From positions 1 through 59,925 of IMG/VR virus record IMGVR_UViG_3300030333_004437: a stretch of 59,925 nucleotides of DNA; one strand, given 5' to 3'. This document shows positions 27,012 through 38,336 of this stretch, piece by piece (position 1 is the first letter of the stretch; each line of letters begins with the position of its first letter). This DNA comes from a virus (lineage: Duplodnaviria; Caudoviricetes). The translations under genes were made by a program, and so were the position numbers. The notes under the pieces were generated by a model. The model saw only the letters and a list, made by a program, of their open reading frames with translations. It had not been told where the DNA came from and made no database searches.

Positions 27012-28478
27012 ATGGCTGAATCAACAAATCTAAAAAAAGATGTTAAAAAAGAGGTTCAATATTTGAACAAAGATTTTTCTCAATTTAGAGATAGTCTTGT
27101 AGAATTTGCCAAAACATATTTTCCAAATAATTATACAGATTTTAGTGATAGTTCTTTAGGTATGATGTTTGTTGAGATGGCATCATATGTAGGTGATGTA
27201 TTGTCTTACTATGTGGATAACACTTTTAAAGAAACTATACTAGCTTACGCTGAAGAAACTAAGGCGGTATATGATATTGCACAATCATTAGGATACACAC
27301 CAAAAACAGGAACACCAGCTTCGGTTAAATTAGATGTATATGTAACTGTACCATCACAAGGTGTTGGTGGTTCGGCAAGACCTAATTTTAATTACTCACC
27401 TATAATTGATGCTGGTATGAGAGTTAGTGATAATGGACGTTCCACAACATTTAGAACTACAGACCCAATTAACTTTGCGGCTTCAAGTTCACTAGACCCA
27501 ACTTACTTTGAAGTTTATGAGGAAGATTCAAGTGGAACACCAACAAAATTTTTATTAAAGAAAAGAGTAGATGCTGTAAGTGGTGATATAAAAGAAGAAG
27601 TAATAAATTTTGGAACTTCAAGACAATTTGATTCAACTGTATTAGCAGAACCAAATGTAAATGAGGTTATTTCGTGTACAGATAGTGATGGTAACGATTG
27701 GTATGAAGTTATGTCTTTAGGACAGGATACGATCGTAGACCAAATGGAAAACAATTCTACTAACTCACCTGATTTACAATCATACTCAGGTGATACACCT
27801 TATCTAATGAAATTGAAAAGAACGCCAAGAAGATTTGCAACATATCTAAGAGATGATAACAGAATGGAAATAAGATTTGGCTCAGGTATATCAGATAATC
27901 CAGATGAAGAAATTATACCTAATCCAGATAATGTTGGTTCAAGTTTATCAACTGGTGTTAGTAAATTAGATACTACATTTGACCCAACTAACTTTCTTAA
28001 AACACGTACATATGGATTAGCACCAGCCAACACCAACCTAACTTTTACTTATGCATATGGTGCTAGTCAAAATGATAATATAGGTTCAAATCAATTAACA
28101 GTAGTTACATCTAAATCAGATTCAATTCCAAATTCATCTACTTTATCATCTGCATTAGTAAATGATACTTTAAATTCACTACGAGTTAACAATACGGAAG
28201 CTGCTGTTGGTGGAAAGAACGCTGAAACATTGAGAGAAATAAAGAGTAATGCAGCTGCTAACTTCCAAACACAAAACAGAGCTGTAACTAAAAATGACTA
28301 TATGGTTAGAGCATTATCAATGCCATCAAGATTTGGAAGTATTTCAAAAGTATATGTTGTTCAAGATGATTACTTGAATGATGTAGCTGAACTTGGTGTT
28401 GATGATACAGGTACCGATAGTGAAGGAACATCAGGTACAACTACAGGTGGAACTGCTGAAACACAAACTTACGGTTAA
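27012..28478 (+). CDS. Baseplate wedge protein gp6-like, N-terminal part
   Basis: DFSQFRDSL...DFSDSSLG...SYVGDVLSYY, FGSG and QNRAVTKNDY motifs typical of gp6/baseplate J. Confidence 0.8.
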   Translation: MAESTNLKKDVKKEVQYLNKDFSQFRDSLVEFAKTYFPNNYTDFSDSSLGMMFVEMASYVGDVLSYYVDNTFKETILAYAEETKAVYDIAQSLGYTPKTGTPASVKLDVYVTVPSQGVGGSARPNFNYSPIIDAGMRVSDNGRSTTFRTTDPINFAASSSLDPTYFEVYEEDSSGTPTKFLLKKRVDAVSGDIKEEVINFGTSRQFDSTVLAEPNVNEVISCTDSDGNDWYEVMSLGQDTIVDQMENNSTNSPDLQSYSGDTPYLMKLKRTPRRFATYLRDDNRMEIRFGSGISDNPDEEIIPNPDNVGSSLSTGVSKLDTTFDPTNFLKTRTYGLAPANTNLTFTYAYGASQNDNIGSNQLTVVTSKSDSIPNSSTLSSALVNDTLNSLRVNNTEAAVGGKNAETLREIKSNAAANFQTQNRAVTKNDYMVRALSMPSRFGSISKVYVVQDDYLNDVAELGVDDTGTDSEGTSGTTTGGTAETQTYG

Positions 28479-28487
28479 GGAAAAATT

Positions 28488-29072
28488 ATGGCTGAAAGCG
28501 CAAATAACAGAAACCCATTATCACTAAACTTATATGTTCTTAGTTATGATGGTGATAAAAAACTAACATCACCAAATCAAGCAACTAAAGAAAATTTACA
28601 AACTTACTTAGGGCAGTATAGGATGGTAACAGATGCTATCAATATAAAACCAGCTTATGTTATTAACATAGGAGTTAAATTTTCAATAATGGTTCTACCA
28701 CAATTTAATAAAAACGAAGTATTGGTTAGATGTATAGATAAAGTAAAAGACTTTTTCAATATAGATAGATGGCAAATAAATCAACCCATAATTGTTTCTG
28801 ATTTAGTTTATCAGTTATCAGTTATAAATGGTGTAGCCGCTGTGGTAACACCTGATGATGCAGTTCCAGCAACTGCTAATCCAGCTGATAAGCCACAAAT
28901 TATTATAAGTAATAAGTACAGAAGTGCAGATGGTTACTCAGGTAATTTTTACGATATGGATAATGCTTACTACAACGGAGTGTATCATCCATCATTAGAC
29001 CCAGCAATCTTCGAACTGAAATATCCTGATACAGATATTCAAGGAAAAGTAGTTGGTACGGTAGGAGGTTAG
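28488..29072 (+). CDS. Baseplate wedge protein gp6-like, C-terminal part
   Basis: NLQTYLGQYRMVTDAINI...PSLDPAIFELKYPDTDI; own AGGA RBS and ATG. Confidence 0.7.
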   Translation: MAESANNRNPLSLNLYVLSYDGDKKLTSPNQATKENLQTYLGQYRMVTDAINIKPAYVINIGVKFSIMVLPQFNKNEVLVRCIDKVKDFFNIDRWQINQPIIVSDLVYQLSVINGVAAVVTPDDAVPATANPADKPQIIISNKYRSADGYSGNFYDMDNAYYNGVYHPSLDPAIFELKYPDTDIQGKVVGTVGG

Positions 29073-29073
29073 A

Positions 29074-30225
29074 ATGCATTATTTTGAATATCCATCAGTA
29101 GATACAACACTATATCAAGCTAGTCAATCTTTAAATACTGGCTTAGATGCAGTATTAGAAGTTAGAAAGGATGTAAGTCCTACGGGTGATACTGTAAACG
29201 TATCTCGTATTTTAATAAAGTTTGATTTAACTTACATTAGTTCTTCTATTGTCAACGGAACAATGCCTAATCCATCAAGTAGTATGAAGTTTTACCTTAA
29301 TATGTATGATGCTAATCCTACGGAACTAACTACTTCAGATACTTTATATGCTTATCCTGTAAGTGGTAGTTTTACAGGTGGAACTGGTGAATTTAATTCC
29401 GACCCACAAATAAAAGATGGTGCTAGTTGGAAGTATAGAAATGGTGAGAGCACAGATGAGTATTGGTTATCTGGTAGTTTAAGTAGTTCAGGCGCACCTT
29501 GGTCTAGTGGTAGTTTTACTGATGAAGAGGGTGGTACAAGATTTTTAGTAGCATCACATTCATTTGACCATACAAGTGAAGATATGAGAATGGATGTAAC
29601 TGATATTATGAACGCTTTATTAACAAGTGGTTCGTTATACCCTAACAACGGATTTCTTATAAAAAGAAGTGGAAGTTTAGGTAATAAAAACACAACCGAT
29701 GATGAGGGTAGTTCAACTCAATTAGGTAACTTCAGTTTCTTCTCACGTGATACAAATACTATTTACTCACCAAGATTAGAAGTAGAGTGGGATGATACAT
29801 CTTGGGAGACAGGAAGTTTACAACCAATAACAGGCTCTGATTTTGATGATATGGTATTTTACACAAAAAATTTAAGACCTGAATATAAAGAGAATTCAAA
29901 AACAAAAATTAGAGTGGTAGGTAGAGAAAGATATCCTATTAAATCTTTTGCAACGACACCAACACAATTAGGTGTAAAGTATTTACCAAGTGGTAGCTCA
30001 TACTATTCAGTAAGAGATGCTGATACTGAAGAAGTATTAGTTCCTTTTGGTAGTGGTTCAAAATTAAGTTGTGATGTAGATGGAAACTTCTTTAATCTAA
30101 ATCTTAACGCTTTTCAACCAGAGAGAGTATATAAATTACAATTTAAAGCTACTGTAAGTCAGAGTACTTCTGATGAACACGATGTTATATCTGATAAAGA
30201 CTTTACGTTTAAAGTGAGTAGATAA
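29074..30225 (+). CDS. Structural protein (DNRLRE-like beta-sandwich)
   Basis: DTTLY...NTG...SRILIKFD...NNGFLIK...FFSRDT..IYSPRLEV pattern. Confidence 0.55.
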   Translation: MHYFEYPSVDTTLYQASQSLNTGLDAVLEVRKDVSPTGDTVNVSRILIKFDLTYISSSIVNGTMPNPSSSMKFYLNMYDANPTELTTSDTLYAYPVSGSFTGGTGEFNSDPQIKDGASWKYRNGESTDEYWLSGSLSSSGAPWSSGSFTDEEGGTRFLVASHSFDHTSEDMRMDVTDIMNALLTSGSLYPNNGFLIKRSGSLGNKNTTDDEGSSTQLGNFSFFSRDTNTIYSPRLEVEWDDTSWETGSLQPITGSDFDDMVFYTKNLRPEYKENSKTKIRVVGRERYPIKSFATTPTQLGVKYLPSGSSYYSVRDADTEEVLVPFGSGSKLSCDVDGNFFNLNLNAFQPERVYKLQFKATVSQSTSDEHDVISDKDFTFKVSR

Positions 30226-31247
30226 TGCCTTTAAAATATCAAGACGTAGTTAATAATCCTGAATACAAGGATAAACTCGATAAGTTAAATCAAAAAAGAA
30301 TCGATAGATTACAAAGTGAATATGATAAATTTGCTTTAACAGGTTCAAGGGATTCGGGTGATAAAACACTAAGAACTTCGAATGGAACTGTTTTATCTGT
30401 CGATACAGATTTAGATATATTCGGTGTTGATTCTGTAGACCAAATAGTTCCTGTAAAATTAGAAAAAAAATCTGTTAATACGGATAAAGTTGCAGAGCTA
30501 ATAGATACGGAATTTTCTGAATTGATAGGAACTCCTGGTTTAGGAATAACAGTTCAAGAATTTTTTAATGAGTATGAAAGATTAAAAACTTCTATAGATG
30601 CAGAGGGTAGTATAAACTCACATCGTTACTTAGTAGAAGAAAGTGTAAAGTTTATTGGTGGACAAGATGAGTTGGATAGGATTAGACAAAAGTTAGAAAG
30701 AGAGTTACAAGAGTTAGAAGAGTTACTAGCAGCTCAAGCTGAAGTTGAAGCTGAATGGGCTACTTACTTGGCTGATATGTTAAACTTCTCAGATACAACC
30801 CGTCCATATGATAGAGCTACTTGGGAATCAAAAGGAAGACCTGTTGCATCAATAGATGCAGGAAATCAAACACTTAGGTTTTCAAAGAATGAACCATATG
30901 TTGTTGCACCAACAAAGTTTAAAGGTAGGGTAGGTGAGGTAAAACTTCCATATAGAGTTGGAAGTAGATTTCAAAGAAGAGGACAGGGTACATTAAGCGG
31001 TCCTAATAAACCAATACAAATAAAAGTTGATGCGGCTGGAGATTCAAACATACGTTATCGTTGGTTTGTAAATAATGAAGAGGTATCTAATGGTAATAGA
31101 TTTCAAGGTACTGATACAGATACAATACTTTTTAATCCAGAGTATAGAAGAAAAGATATGGATAAAAGAACATTTAAATGTGTAATATCAGATTCATCAG
31201 GACAAGGAGAACTTTCTTCAGGTCCTATAGTAGTAAAAGCAGATTAG
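30225..31247 (+). CDS. Structural protein with C-terminal Ig-like domain
   Basis: Coiled coil then YRWFVN...FKCVISDS Ig-like strands. Confidence 0.5.
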   Translation: MPLKYQDVVNNPEYKDKLDKLNQKRIDRLQSEYDKFALTGSRDSGDKTLRTSNGTVLSVDTDLDIFGVDSVDQIVPVKLEKKSVNTDKVAELIDTEFSELIGTPGLGITVQEFFNEYERLKTSIDAEGSINSHRYLVEESVKFIGGQDELDRIRQKLERELQELEELLAAQAEVEAEWATYLADMLNFSDTTRPYDRATWESKGRPVASIDAGNQTLRFSKNEPYVVAPTKFKGRVGEVKLPYRVGSRFQRRGQGTLSGPNKPIQIKVDAAGDSNIRYRWFVNNEEVSNGNRFQGTDTDTILFNPEYRRKDMDKRTFKCVISDSSGQGELSSGPIVVKAD

Positions 31248-31254
31248 GAAAGAG

Positions 31255-32145
31255 ATGCCTTTAAATTCATCAGATAGTAAACAAATATATGGTTCCAATT
31301 TAAGTGAGTATGCAAATTTCGGAAATAATGATAACGATTTTGTTTTAGTTACTGTATTAGATGATGATGGTGATATTATTGAAACAGCAACTAAGAGTGT
31401 AAACGAATTTAAAACAGGTGAATTATTTACATTTAATCCTGGCAGAGTGTTAAGAAGTTTAGGTTATGTAGCTGGTAAGTATAGAGTAAAACTTAATTTT
31501 TTACGAAGAAGAGCTGGTGAAAGAAGAACTGTATTTTTAAATAGTGATCGTGAAATCTATGAGGGTGATACACATCAAGGTAGTGATGGAAGAACGTATA
31601 CTGGTGCAAATCCTCAAGCGAATAATATTAGATTACTAAGTGAAGATGTGTTAGGTTATGATGTAACTAAAATCAGCCCATCTAAAAAAGAAATAAAACT
31701 TACACTTAAAGATTTAGATCCTGATGGATTAACTAACTACTCTTCATCGTTCAACTCGTTTGATACACCAGTTTACACATACATACCAAATAGTAATGAT
31801 GGAAATGCAGATGAGGGAACTATAAAAGTTGATTCATCTGACCCATACAAGTTAAAAGCTACAATACAAGATTCAGATATAGGATTTTCAGAGGGTATGG
31901 TTGGTGGTACATTAACTATAGATAATGCTTTTGTTACAAGTTACACAACACAAACACTAGGTGTTGCAACTAATACAAATACAGTTAATACTCAAACCAA
32001 TGTAACCACAGATATAAAACCTGAATCTGATAATATAAAAGAAGATGATGTATTAAATCCTTTAGGTAATACTAATCAAGAAGAAGAAAATACAGGTGGT
32101 GGTACACCAATCCAACAACAACAAGCAGATGAGGAATATTTCTAA
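31255..32145 (+). CDS. Putative baseplate/tail structural protein
   Basis: In the structural operon; ISPSKKEIKL motif; translationally coupled to the next gene. Confidence 0.5.
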   Translation: MPLNSSDSKQIYGSNLSEYANFGNNDNDFVLVTVLDDDGDIIETATKSVNEFKTGELFTFNPGRVLRSLGYVAGKYRVKLNFLRRRAGERRTVFLNSDREIYEGDTHQGSDGRTYTGANPQANNIRLLSEDVLGYDVTKISPSKKEIKLTLKDLDPDGLTNYSSSFNSFDTPVYTYIPNSNDGNADEGTIKVDSSDPYKLKATIQDSDIGFSEGMVGGTLTIDNAFVTSYTTQTLGVATNTNTVNTQTNVTTDIKPESDNIKEDDVLNPLGNTNQEEENTGGGTPIQQQQADEEYF

Positions 32146-35100
32146 TGGCACTATTTGATGGAAAAGCACCAGAACCAGAAATAGATGAGAGACCTGCTAA
32201 CCAAACAGGTGTTGGTGGACAAACTACAACTGTAATACCTAGCTATTCACCATTTAGTTCAAGGATAGTAGAGGTACTTGATAGAGAGACTATAGTTGTA
32301 GAGGATAGCTTCGAGCAAGCTGGTATAGATTTAGAAGCACAAGATGGTGATTATAAAGGAACTAATCCAAGAAAACCACTAACTTTTAATGTAGAATTTG
32401 AAAATGCTAGATTAGATTTACTATCACATTATCTTTTAACAGAAAATGATAATCTATATTTGATTACTAATACCTTATCTGTTAATGACCAAAATAAGTT
32501 AATAAAATTATATAGTGAATTTACAGCGGATGAAAGTAAAGAAAATGTTATCGTAGTTGAAGAGATGATTGATTCTATTGAGGAAGAAGTTTTACTTGTA
32601 CCTGAAGATGAATTAGATACAGATATAACATTTTTACTTGAACCTCAATTTGACTTAGAAGATACGCAAGGTTCTTTCTTTGATAATAAAGGAACAGAAT
32701 ATAAAAATTTAAATGAGTTAATAACTACGGATACGAATGTATCTAATCAACTCAGAACTGATATATTAAGTGCAAGTTTAGATTCAGCTGATTTAAATAT
32801 TGATTTTGAACATTACGATAACTTTACAGTGTTTGGTTCCGCTAGAACAAAATTAGAAAATGCAAAGTATAAATTTGATAAAATAGAATCACTAAGTACT
32901 TTATCAGCTTCTTTGGCTACGAACTCAAGTACAGGCTCAAGAGCTAAAGAATTAAATTCGTATCATAGACAAATAAGAGAATTTAAGTTAGGGTTTTCAC
33001 CATACGAAAAATATCTTTACAATGAAAGTTCATCTATACAAAGTGGTTCTGAATTTTTAGGTACATCGAGATATGATGCATCGTGGCCTAAGACTGGTGC
33101 AGGTACATTTGCTAGTCCTTATGTTCCTATAACATCATCAAACTCTGCATTTACAACTTGGTACGGTAGTGTTTCAGATAGAACAGGACAAATATATAGT
33201 GCATCTACCTATGATGATGGTAATGAAAATAGACTTGTAAGTAGACTTCCAAAGTATATTAGAGAAGATGATTCTAATGGAGACTTTTTAAAATTTGTAG
33301 ATATGGTTGGTGAGATGTATGATGAGATTTACACATATATAGAAAGCATTCCCAAACTATACGAAACATTTGATGATTCTAAAAAAGGATATTCAAATGA
33401 TTTACTTCAAGATATTGGAAAAAGTTTTGGTTATGATTTATTTAATGGAAAAGATTTAGACGATTTACCTAAATACAAATACGGACAATATCAATCAGGC
33501 TCAGATAGTGCATACACTACATACTCAGTTGATTCTACTGAGGATATGAGTAAGAAGATACAAAGAAGATTATTAAATAATATACCATACTTTTTAAAGA
33601 CAAAGGGTACTGTAAAATCATTACGTAGTTTGGTTAATATTTTTGGTATACCATCTACTATACTTGATATTAGAGAGTATGGAGGACCTACATTACCAGG
33701 ACAAGTTCAAACCTTTAATATAAAAAGAAAGTTTACAAAATCCTTAGACTTTAGAGGTGGGCAACATATAGAGACACTCTTTGATAACAATACTTTAACA
33801 GGTAGAAAGCCAGATACAGTTGAATTTAGATTTAATTCTGTATCGGCTTCTAATCAAAACTTAGTACAAGCTCTAAGTGGTAGTGATGAAAAATGGGGTA
33901 TTAGTATAAGAGATGATGATACAACTACAGACAACGTTGCATTTATAGATTTTAAATTATCAGGCTCAAATGGATTTGTATCAATGTCTACAAGTACAAT
34001 GCCTTTCTATGATGGTGAATTTTATTCTGTAATGTTATCAAGAGAATCTGGTAGTGGTGGTTCTCTTGCAACCGATAGTGGTTCTAAAGCACACGTTACT
34101 AAGTTTACTTTGGCTGCTAAAAAATATGATGCTGGTAGAAGTGTTATAAATTATTCCTCAGAAGTAACTATGTCTATAAGTGGTAGTGCATCATCATCTT
34201 ATAATGATTCTTACTCAAGTGCAGATACTGTCAGAATAGGTAACAGAACTACTAATTTTGGTGATTACTTATCAGGTTCTATGATGGAGTTTAGATATTG
34301 GGCTACACCACTTACGATGTCAGCATTTAACAACCACGTTAGTTCACCAAAATCATATAATGGAAATCATCCATCAGCTTCGTACACCGATTTACTATTC
34401 AGATTAAGTTTTGATGATAATAAAGATTTAAGTAATGCTGCTAATGCACAATTACAAGATAAGAGCGCTGACATATATCTAACAAATGTAACAGGTAGTG
34501 CTAAAGGGTTTACAGGTAACTTCTACGCATCTGTAGAAGATGAGGATAAGATGTTAGTTCCAAATGTAGGACCTAAGAAAGAATCAAATGTAAAAGTAAG
34601 GGTGATAAGTAGTAGTTTAGAAGATGGTGGTTTATCACCACACATACCTGGCTTTCCAGCTAAGAGAGCAGAGAAAAGTTTGTTAGACACTTCACCAACT
34701 GATTCACAAAAGGTTGGTATATTCTTTTCACCTACGGATGTTATAGATGATGATATTATTCGTTCTGTAGCTGATTTAGATTTCAACCAATACATAGGTG
34801 ACCCAAGAGATATAAACGATGTAAGATATAGAAAACTACACGAGATAAGAAATGCTTACTTTCAAAAGTATTCATCACCAAATAGTTTTTGGGATTATAT
34901 GAGGTTGATAAAGTATTTTGACCAGATAATTTTTAAACAAATAGATAAGTTGATGCCAGCCAGAGCTAAAGCTGAGTATGGGCTTGTAATAAAACAGAAT
35001 ATACTCGAAAGAAGTAAACAAAAACTTACTACTTCAATGAGTTTTGAAGAACCTAACTTTAATGGACATATTGACGCATCACAATATGCAAAAGATGCTA

Positions 35101-35606
35101 CATTAATTTTAACAGGTAGTGTAAGTGATAACGAGGGTATTATATCAGGCTCTACGGAGATATTCAATGTACCATCGGTTGTTAAATTAAACTATACTGG
35201 TTCACATAAAGGATATTGGGGTAATACTTATGGTACAGCTTCAATAACTAAAGGTGGTCCTGAATATGTATTTGAAGAAGTATTACAACCGCAGTTAACA
35301 GGTTCAAGATTATCAGCTCATAATTTAGAAGCTAAGTACTTTTATAGTAGTTCATTAAGTGCTTCATTAGGGGTTCATAATAAGTATTACGCATATTCTT
35401 CATCATTTAACAGAAGTACTTTTGATACAAAATATGACCAGTTTAGCGCATTAGCTAACTTGATGTTTGAGGGATGTAAACAAACAAATAAAACAACTGT
35501 TTTAAACTCATATTCAAGTGATTTTAATCCCGTAGAAACGAATGATACAACACCATTACGTATAGTATCACAAGAACCTGGTAAATCGAAACTTAGAATT
35601 GAATAA
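32145..35606 (+). CDS. Large baseplate wedge-like protein with LamG/ConA-like domain
   Basis: LPKYIRED..FLKFVDMVG and KTKGTVKSLRSLVNIFGIP (gp7/P2-I-like) motifs; LSGSMMEFRYW LamG-like motif. Confidence 0.55.
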   Translation: MALFDGKAPEPEIDERPANQTGVGGQTTTVIPSYSPFSSRIVEVLDRETIVVEDSFEQAGIDLEAQDGDYKGTNPRKPLTFNVEFENARLDLLSHYLLTENDNLYLITNTLSVNDQNKLIKLYSEFTADESKENVIVVEEMIDSIEEEVLLVPEDELDTDITFLLEPQFDLEDTQGSFFDNKGTEYKNLNELITTDTNVSNQLRTDILSASLDSADLNIDFEHYDNFTVFGSARTKLENAKYKFDKIESLSTLSASLATNSSTGSRAKELNSYHRQIREFKLGFSPYEKYLYNESSSIQSGSEFLGTSRYDASWPKTGAGTFASPYVPITSSNSAFTTWYGSVSDRTGQIYSASTYDDGNENRLVSRLPKYIREDDSNGDFLKFVDMVGEMYDEIYTYIESIPKLYETFDDSKKGYSNDLLQDIGKSFGYDLFNGKDLDDLPKYKYGQYQSGSDSAYTTYSVDSTEDMSKKIQRRLLNNIPYFLKTKGTVKSLRSLVNIFGIPSTILDIREYGGPTLPGQVQTFNIKRKFTKSLDFRGGQHIETLFDNNTLTGRKPDTVEFRFNSVSASNQNLVQALSGSDEKWGISIRDDDTTTDNVAFIDFKLSGSNGFVSMSTSTMPFYDGEFYSVMLSRESGSGGSLATDSGSKAHVTKFTLAAKKYDAGRSVINYSSEVTMSISGSASSSYNDSYSSADTVRIGNRTTNFGDYLSGSMMEFRYWATPLTMSAFNNHVSSPKSYNGNHPSASYTDLLFRLSFDDNKDLSNAANAQLQDKSADIYLTNVTGSAKGFTGNFYASVEDEDKMLVPNVGPKKESNVKVRVISSSLEDGGLSPHIPGFPAKRAEKSLLDTSPTDSQKVGIFFSPTDVIDDDIIRSVADLDFNQYIGDPRDINDVRYRKLHEIRNAYFQKYSSPNSFWDYMRLIKYFDQIIFKQIDKLMPARAKAEYGLVIKQNILERSKQKLTTSMSFEEPNFNGHIDASQYAKDATLILTGSVSDNEGIISGSTEIFNVPSVVKLNYTGSHKGYWGNTYGTASITKGGPEYVFEEVLQPQLTGSRLSAHNLEAKYFYSSSLSASLGVHNKYYAYSSSFNRSTFDTKYDQFSALANLMFEGCKQTNKTTVLNSYSSDFNPVETNDTTPLRIVSQEPGKSKLRIE

Positions 35607-35674
35607 TTTAATGATAAAGTATATTTATAGTAGAGAAATAGTTATATTACCGAATATTATTTTAGGAGCAAAAA

Positions 35675-36307
35675 ATGGGATTTCTTGATAACACATCGCA
35701 GACGATAGATGCTATCCTAACCAAAAAGGGTAGGGAGTTACTAGCGAGAGGAAATAATGAATTTAAAATTACTAAGTTTGCACTTGGTGATGATGAGATT
35801 GATTACGCATTGTATGATGTATCTCATCCAGATGGTACTAACTCATATGGTGCGGCGATAGAAAATATGCCGTTGATAGAAGCTATACCTGATGAGAATC
35901 AGATTATGAGGTATAAGTTAGTAACCTTACCAAAGAATACTGTTAAATTACCAGTTATTACTTTGGCAAGTTCTGCACTTTCTTTTTCAACTGCAAACGA
36001 ACAACAAACTATATCACCATCAACAACAAATGGTAACGATGGAAAGAATGGATACACCTTTATATTACACAACGCAGATGCAGCAGATTTATTTGTCGCA
36101 GCTGGTGGTGGTGTTGAACAAAGAGGTGGTACGGTACCAGTATTCTTGAGTGATGCAGATAGAAAGAGAAGCACTACAGTTGTTGGTAAAACTGTTAACG
36201 TGATTTCAAGAGCTACTACATCTACTATAACAACTCAAATGACAATATTCGGTAATGATTCAGGCGCTTCTAAAACAATCACAGTTACCGTAACGGCAAA
36301 TAGTTAG
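35675..36307 (+). CDS. Virion structural protein (tail/baseplate)
   Basis: DAILTKKGRELLA...ITKFALGDDEIDY; TATTTATA motif and AGGAG RBS upstream. Confidence 0.6.
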   Translation: MGFLDNTSQTIDAILTKKGRELLARGNNEFKITKFALGDDEIDYALYDVSHPDGTNSYGAAIENMPLIEAIPDENQIMRYKLVTLPKNTVKLPVITLASSALSFSTANEQQTISPSTTNGNDGKNGYTFILHNADAADLFVAAGGGVEQRGGTVPVFLSDADRKRSTTVVGKTVNVISRATTSTITTQMTIFGNDSGASKTITVTVTANS

Positions 36308-36316
36308 GAGTAAAAA

Positions 36317-37345
36317 ATGGCTGAAGTATACACCGGATTTAATAATGAAGAAGATGTTGTAACAGAAGTTCAACAAACTTTAAGTTCAGGAATGTTTAGT
36401 GGTGGAGTCGGAACACTTTCTACATTCTTTACATCTTCTGCTCAAAGTAGTAGTAATGGTAAATATTTTTACGATGTTTACAAAACAAGTCCTGCAACTG
36501 ATAGTGAAGCTGAAGTTCAGTTTTCAATAGCATTTGGACACTACGATGGAAGTGGTAGTATTGGAGTTTTAGGTTCTTCTTATACAGATAGACCTTCAGC
36601 TGCTGTCTACTCTCAGTTTAGAAACTTATTGTTGGCACCAAATGATGATAAGTTTACTTTTACACCATCTAAAGATAGAAAACACATTTACGTTATATCG
36701 ATGGCTAGAGCTCGTATGAGAGAAAAGATGGATCCAGGTAATTGGGAACTTCATCTAAGTGGTAGTGCTGCTAAAAAGATAAGTTTGATTGATGATAGTG
36801 GAGCAACCACAAATCCAACTGTCAATCAAGGTGGTAGAGTGTTTAATGTTGTTAGTGGTACTATAGCAAGTGGTGATGCTGTAACAAATACAGCGGCTGC
36901 TAGTGAGACAACCGATGGTGCTTACGGATTATTTTATCCTGATATGGGTATTATTGTTCTTAATGGACAGAAATTAGACCAAGGATATCTTGCATTAGGT
37001 ACTAATACTGGTTCAAACGCTGCTCATAACAACTCACAAAAACTTTTTGCAGCTGTATCACGCTCTGCAAACTTTGTAGCTAGAAGAGAAGAACAATTAA
37101 GTACTACACATTACTTCTGTAGAGTAACTAATAAGAAGTATAACTTTAGTACTAATCCAACTTTCTTTACTCAGTCAGATGGTAGTTTAACTGTTAGTTC
37201 TATGCAAAACGATCCAAAGGTTTATGTAACTACAGTTGGATTGTATAATGATAACAACGAACTATTGGCTGTAGCTAAATTAAGTAAACCGCTTTTAAAA
37301 TCATTTAGTAGAGAAGCTATAATCAAAGTTAAGTTAGACTTCTAA
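36317..37345 (+). CDS. Virion structural protein
   Basis: C-terminal YVTTVGLYNDNNELLAVAKLSKP, paralogous to the next gene. Confidence 0.6.
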   Translation: MAEVYTGFNNEEDVVTEVQQTLSSGMFSGGVGTLSTFFTSSAQSSSNGKYFYDVYKTSPATDSEAEVQFSIAFGHYDGSGSIGVLGSSYTDRPSAAVYSQFRNLLLAPNDDKFTFTPSKDRKHIYVISMARARMREKMDPGNWELHLSGSAAKKISLIDDSGATTNPTVNQGGRVFNVVSGTIASGDAVTNTAAASETTDGAYGLFYPDMGIIVLNGQKLDQGYLALGTNTGSNAAHNNSQKLFAAVSRSANFVARREEQLSTTHYFCRVTNKKYNFSTNPTFFTQSDGSLTVSSMQNDPKVYVTTVGLYNDNNELLAVAKLSKPLLKSFSREAIIKVKLDF

Positions 37346-37355
37346 AAGGAGTCAT

Positions 37356-38336
37356 ATGTTTAAGACTTTCAAAGACGGTGATACCTCAGTAGAATCGTTT
37401 AAGACCCATAAACAATTCACTGTTACTGATATGGATAGTGGTAGTGGTGTCTTTGGGTTTTCTGTAGAGAGTGGTTCAGCCCATATATTTTCATCGGGCT
37501 CAGCAGATTCTGCTAGTTTTTTTGAAGGAACTCCATCACCAGATAACAAACCATTCGCAACATATTATGCTTTACCAAGTTGGTTTACCATAAATCAATT
37601 ATACTATGCTAGAAAAGATGAACCTTACAATTCTTATGGTATTGGTAATGTAGCTGATAAGAAAATGACTTTACACGGTACAGCTCAAGTCATAACAATT
37701 CCACAACAATTATTTGGTGAAGAAATAAAGCCAGGCTCTGTAACAATTACAGACAATGGTGGTGCTACAACATATACTTTAAAAGATGATGGTAAAGGAA
37801 ATATTTACGATAACGCTAACTCATCATCATTCGCCTCGGGAGCGACAGGTTCTGTTGGTAACATATTCTACTCACACGGTGTAATGGTAATAACAGATAC
37901 AGGTTCTTATTCTGTAGTAGGTTCTGACGTAGGTAGTGATGGTTTTGAAGTAGACTTTAGAGCTACTCAAACACATTATGAATATGAGTATAATTGTTAC
38001 GTAGATAGAAATGAATTTAATGGTACAACTAATATTAGTATAGCTAAAAATAGAGGTGGTAGACACGAAATACCATCAGGCTTACCAACTTCTTTTGTAC
38101 AGAGATTTTTTCCACCAGGTGATAACCCAACAAATGGTACAGGTTCTTTTAGTGGTAGTTACAGTGCTGCCTCTGAATCTATTAACTTGGCTACAAGTAG
38201 TTTATTTGAACCCTACATAAGTACAATAGGATTGTATAACGATAAAAACGAATTGATGGCTATTGGTAAATTAGCTCATCCAATTAAAAATGATAAAGAT
38301 TTGATGTTGAATTTTGTAGTGAGGTTCGATGTATGA
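37356..38336 (+). CDS. Virion structural protein
   Basis: GEEIKPGS, GNIFYSHG and C-terminal YISTIGLYNDKNELMAIGKLAHP. Confidence 0.6.
   Translation: MFKTFKDGDTSVESFKTHKQFTVTDMDSGSGVFGFSVESGSAHIFSSGSADSASFFEGTPSPDNKPFATYYALPSWFTINQLYYARKDEPYNSYGIGNVADKKMTLHGTAQVITIPQQLFGEEIKPGSVTITDNGGATTYTLKDDGKGNIYDNANSSSFASGATGSVGNIFYSHGVMVITDTGSYSVVGSDVGSDGFEVDFRATQTHYEYEYNCYVDRNEFNGTTNISIAKNRGGRHEIPSGLPTSFVQRFFPPGDNPTNGTGSFSGSYSAASESINLATSSLFEPYISTIGLYNDKNELMAIGKLAHPIKNDKDLMLNFVVRFDV

Noticed and set aside
35675-38336. Assigning major capsid or tail sheath identity to these genes
   Set aside because: No gp23 or gp18 motifs recognised; left as generic structural proteins.
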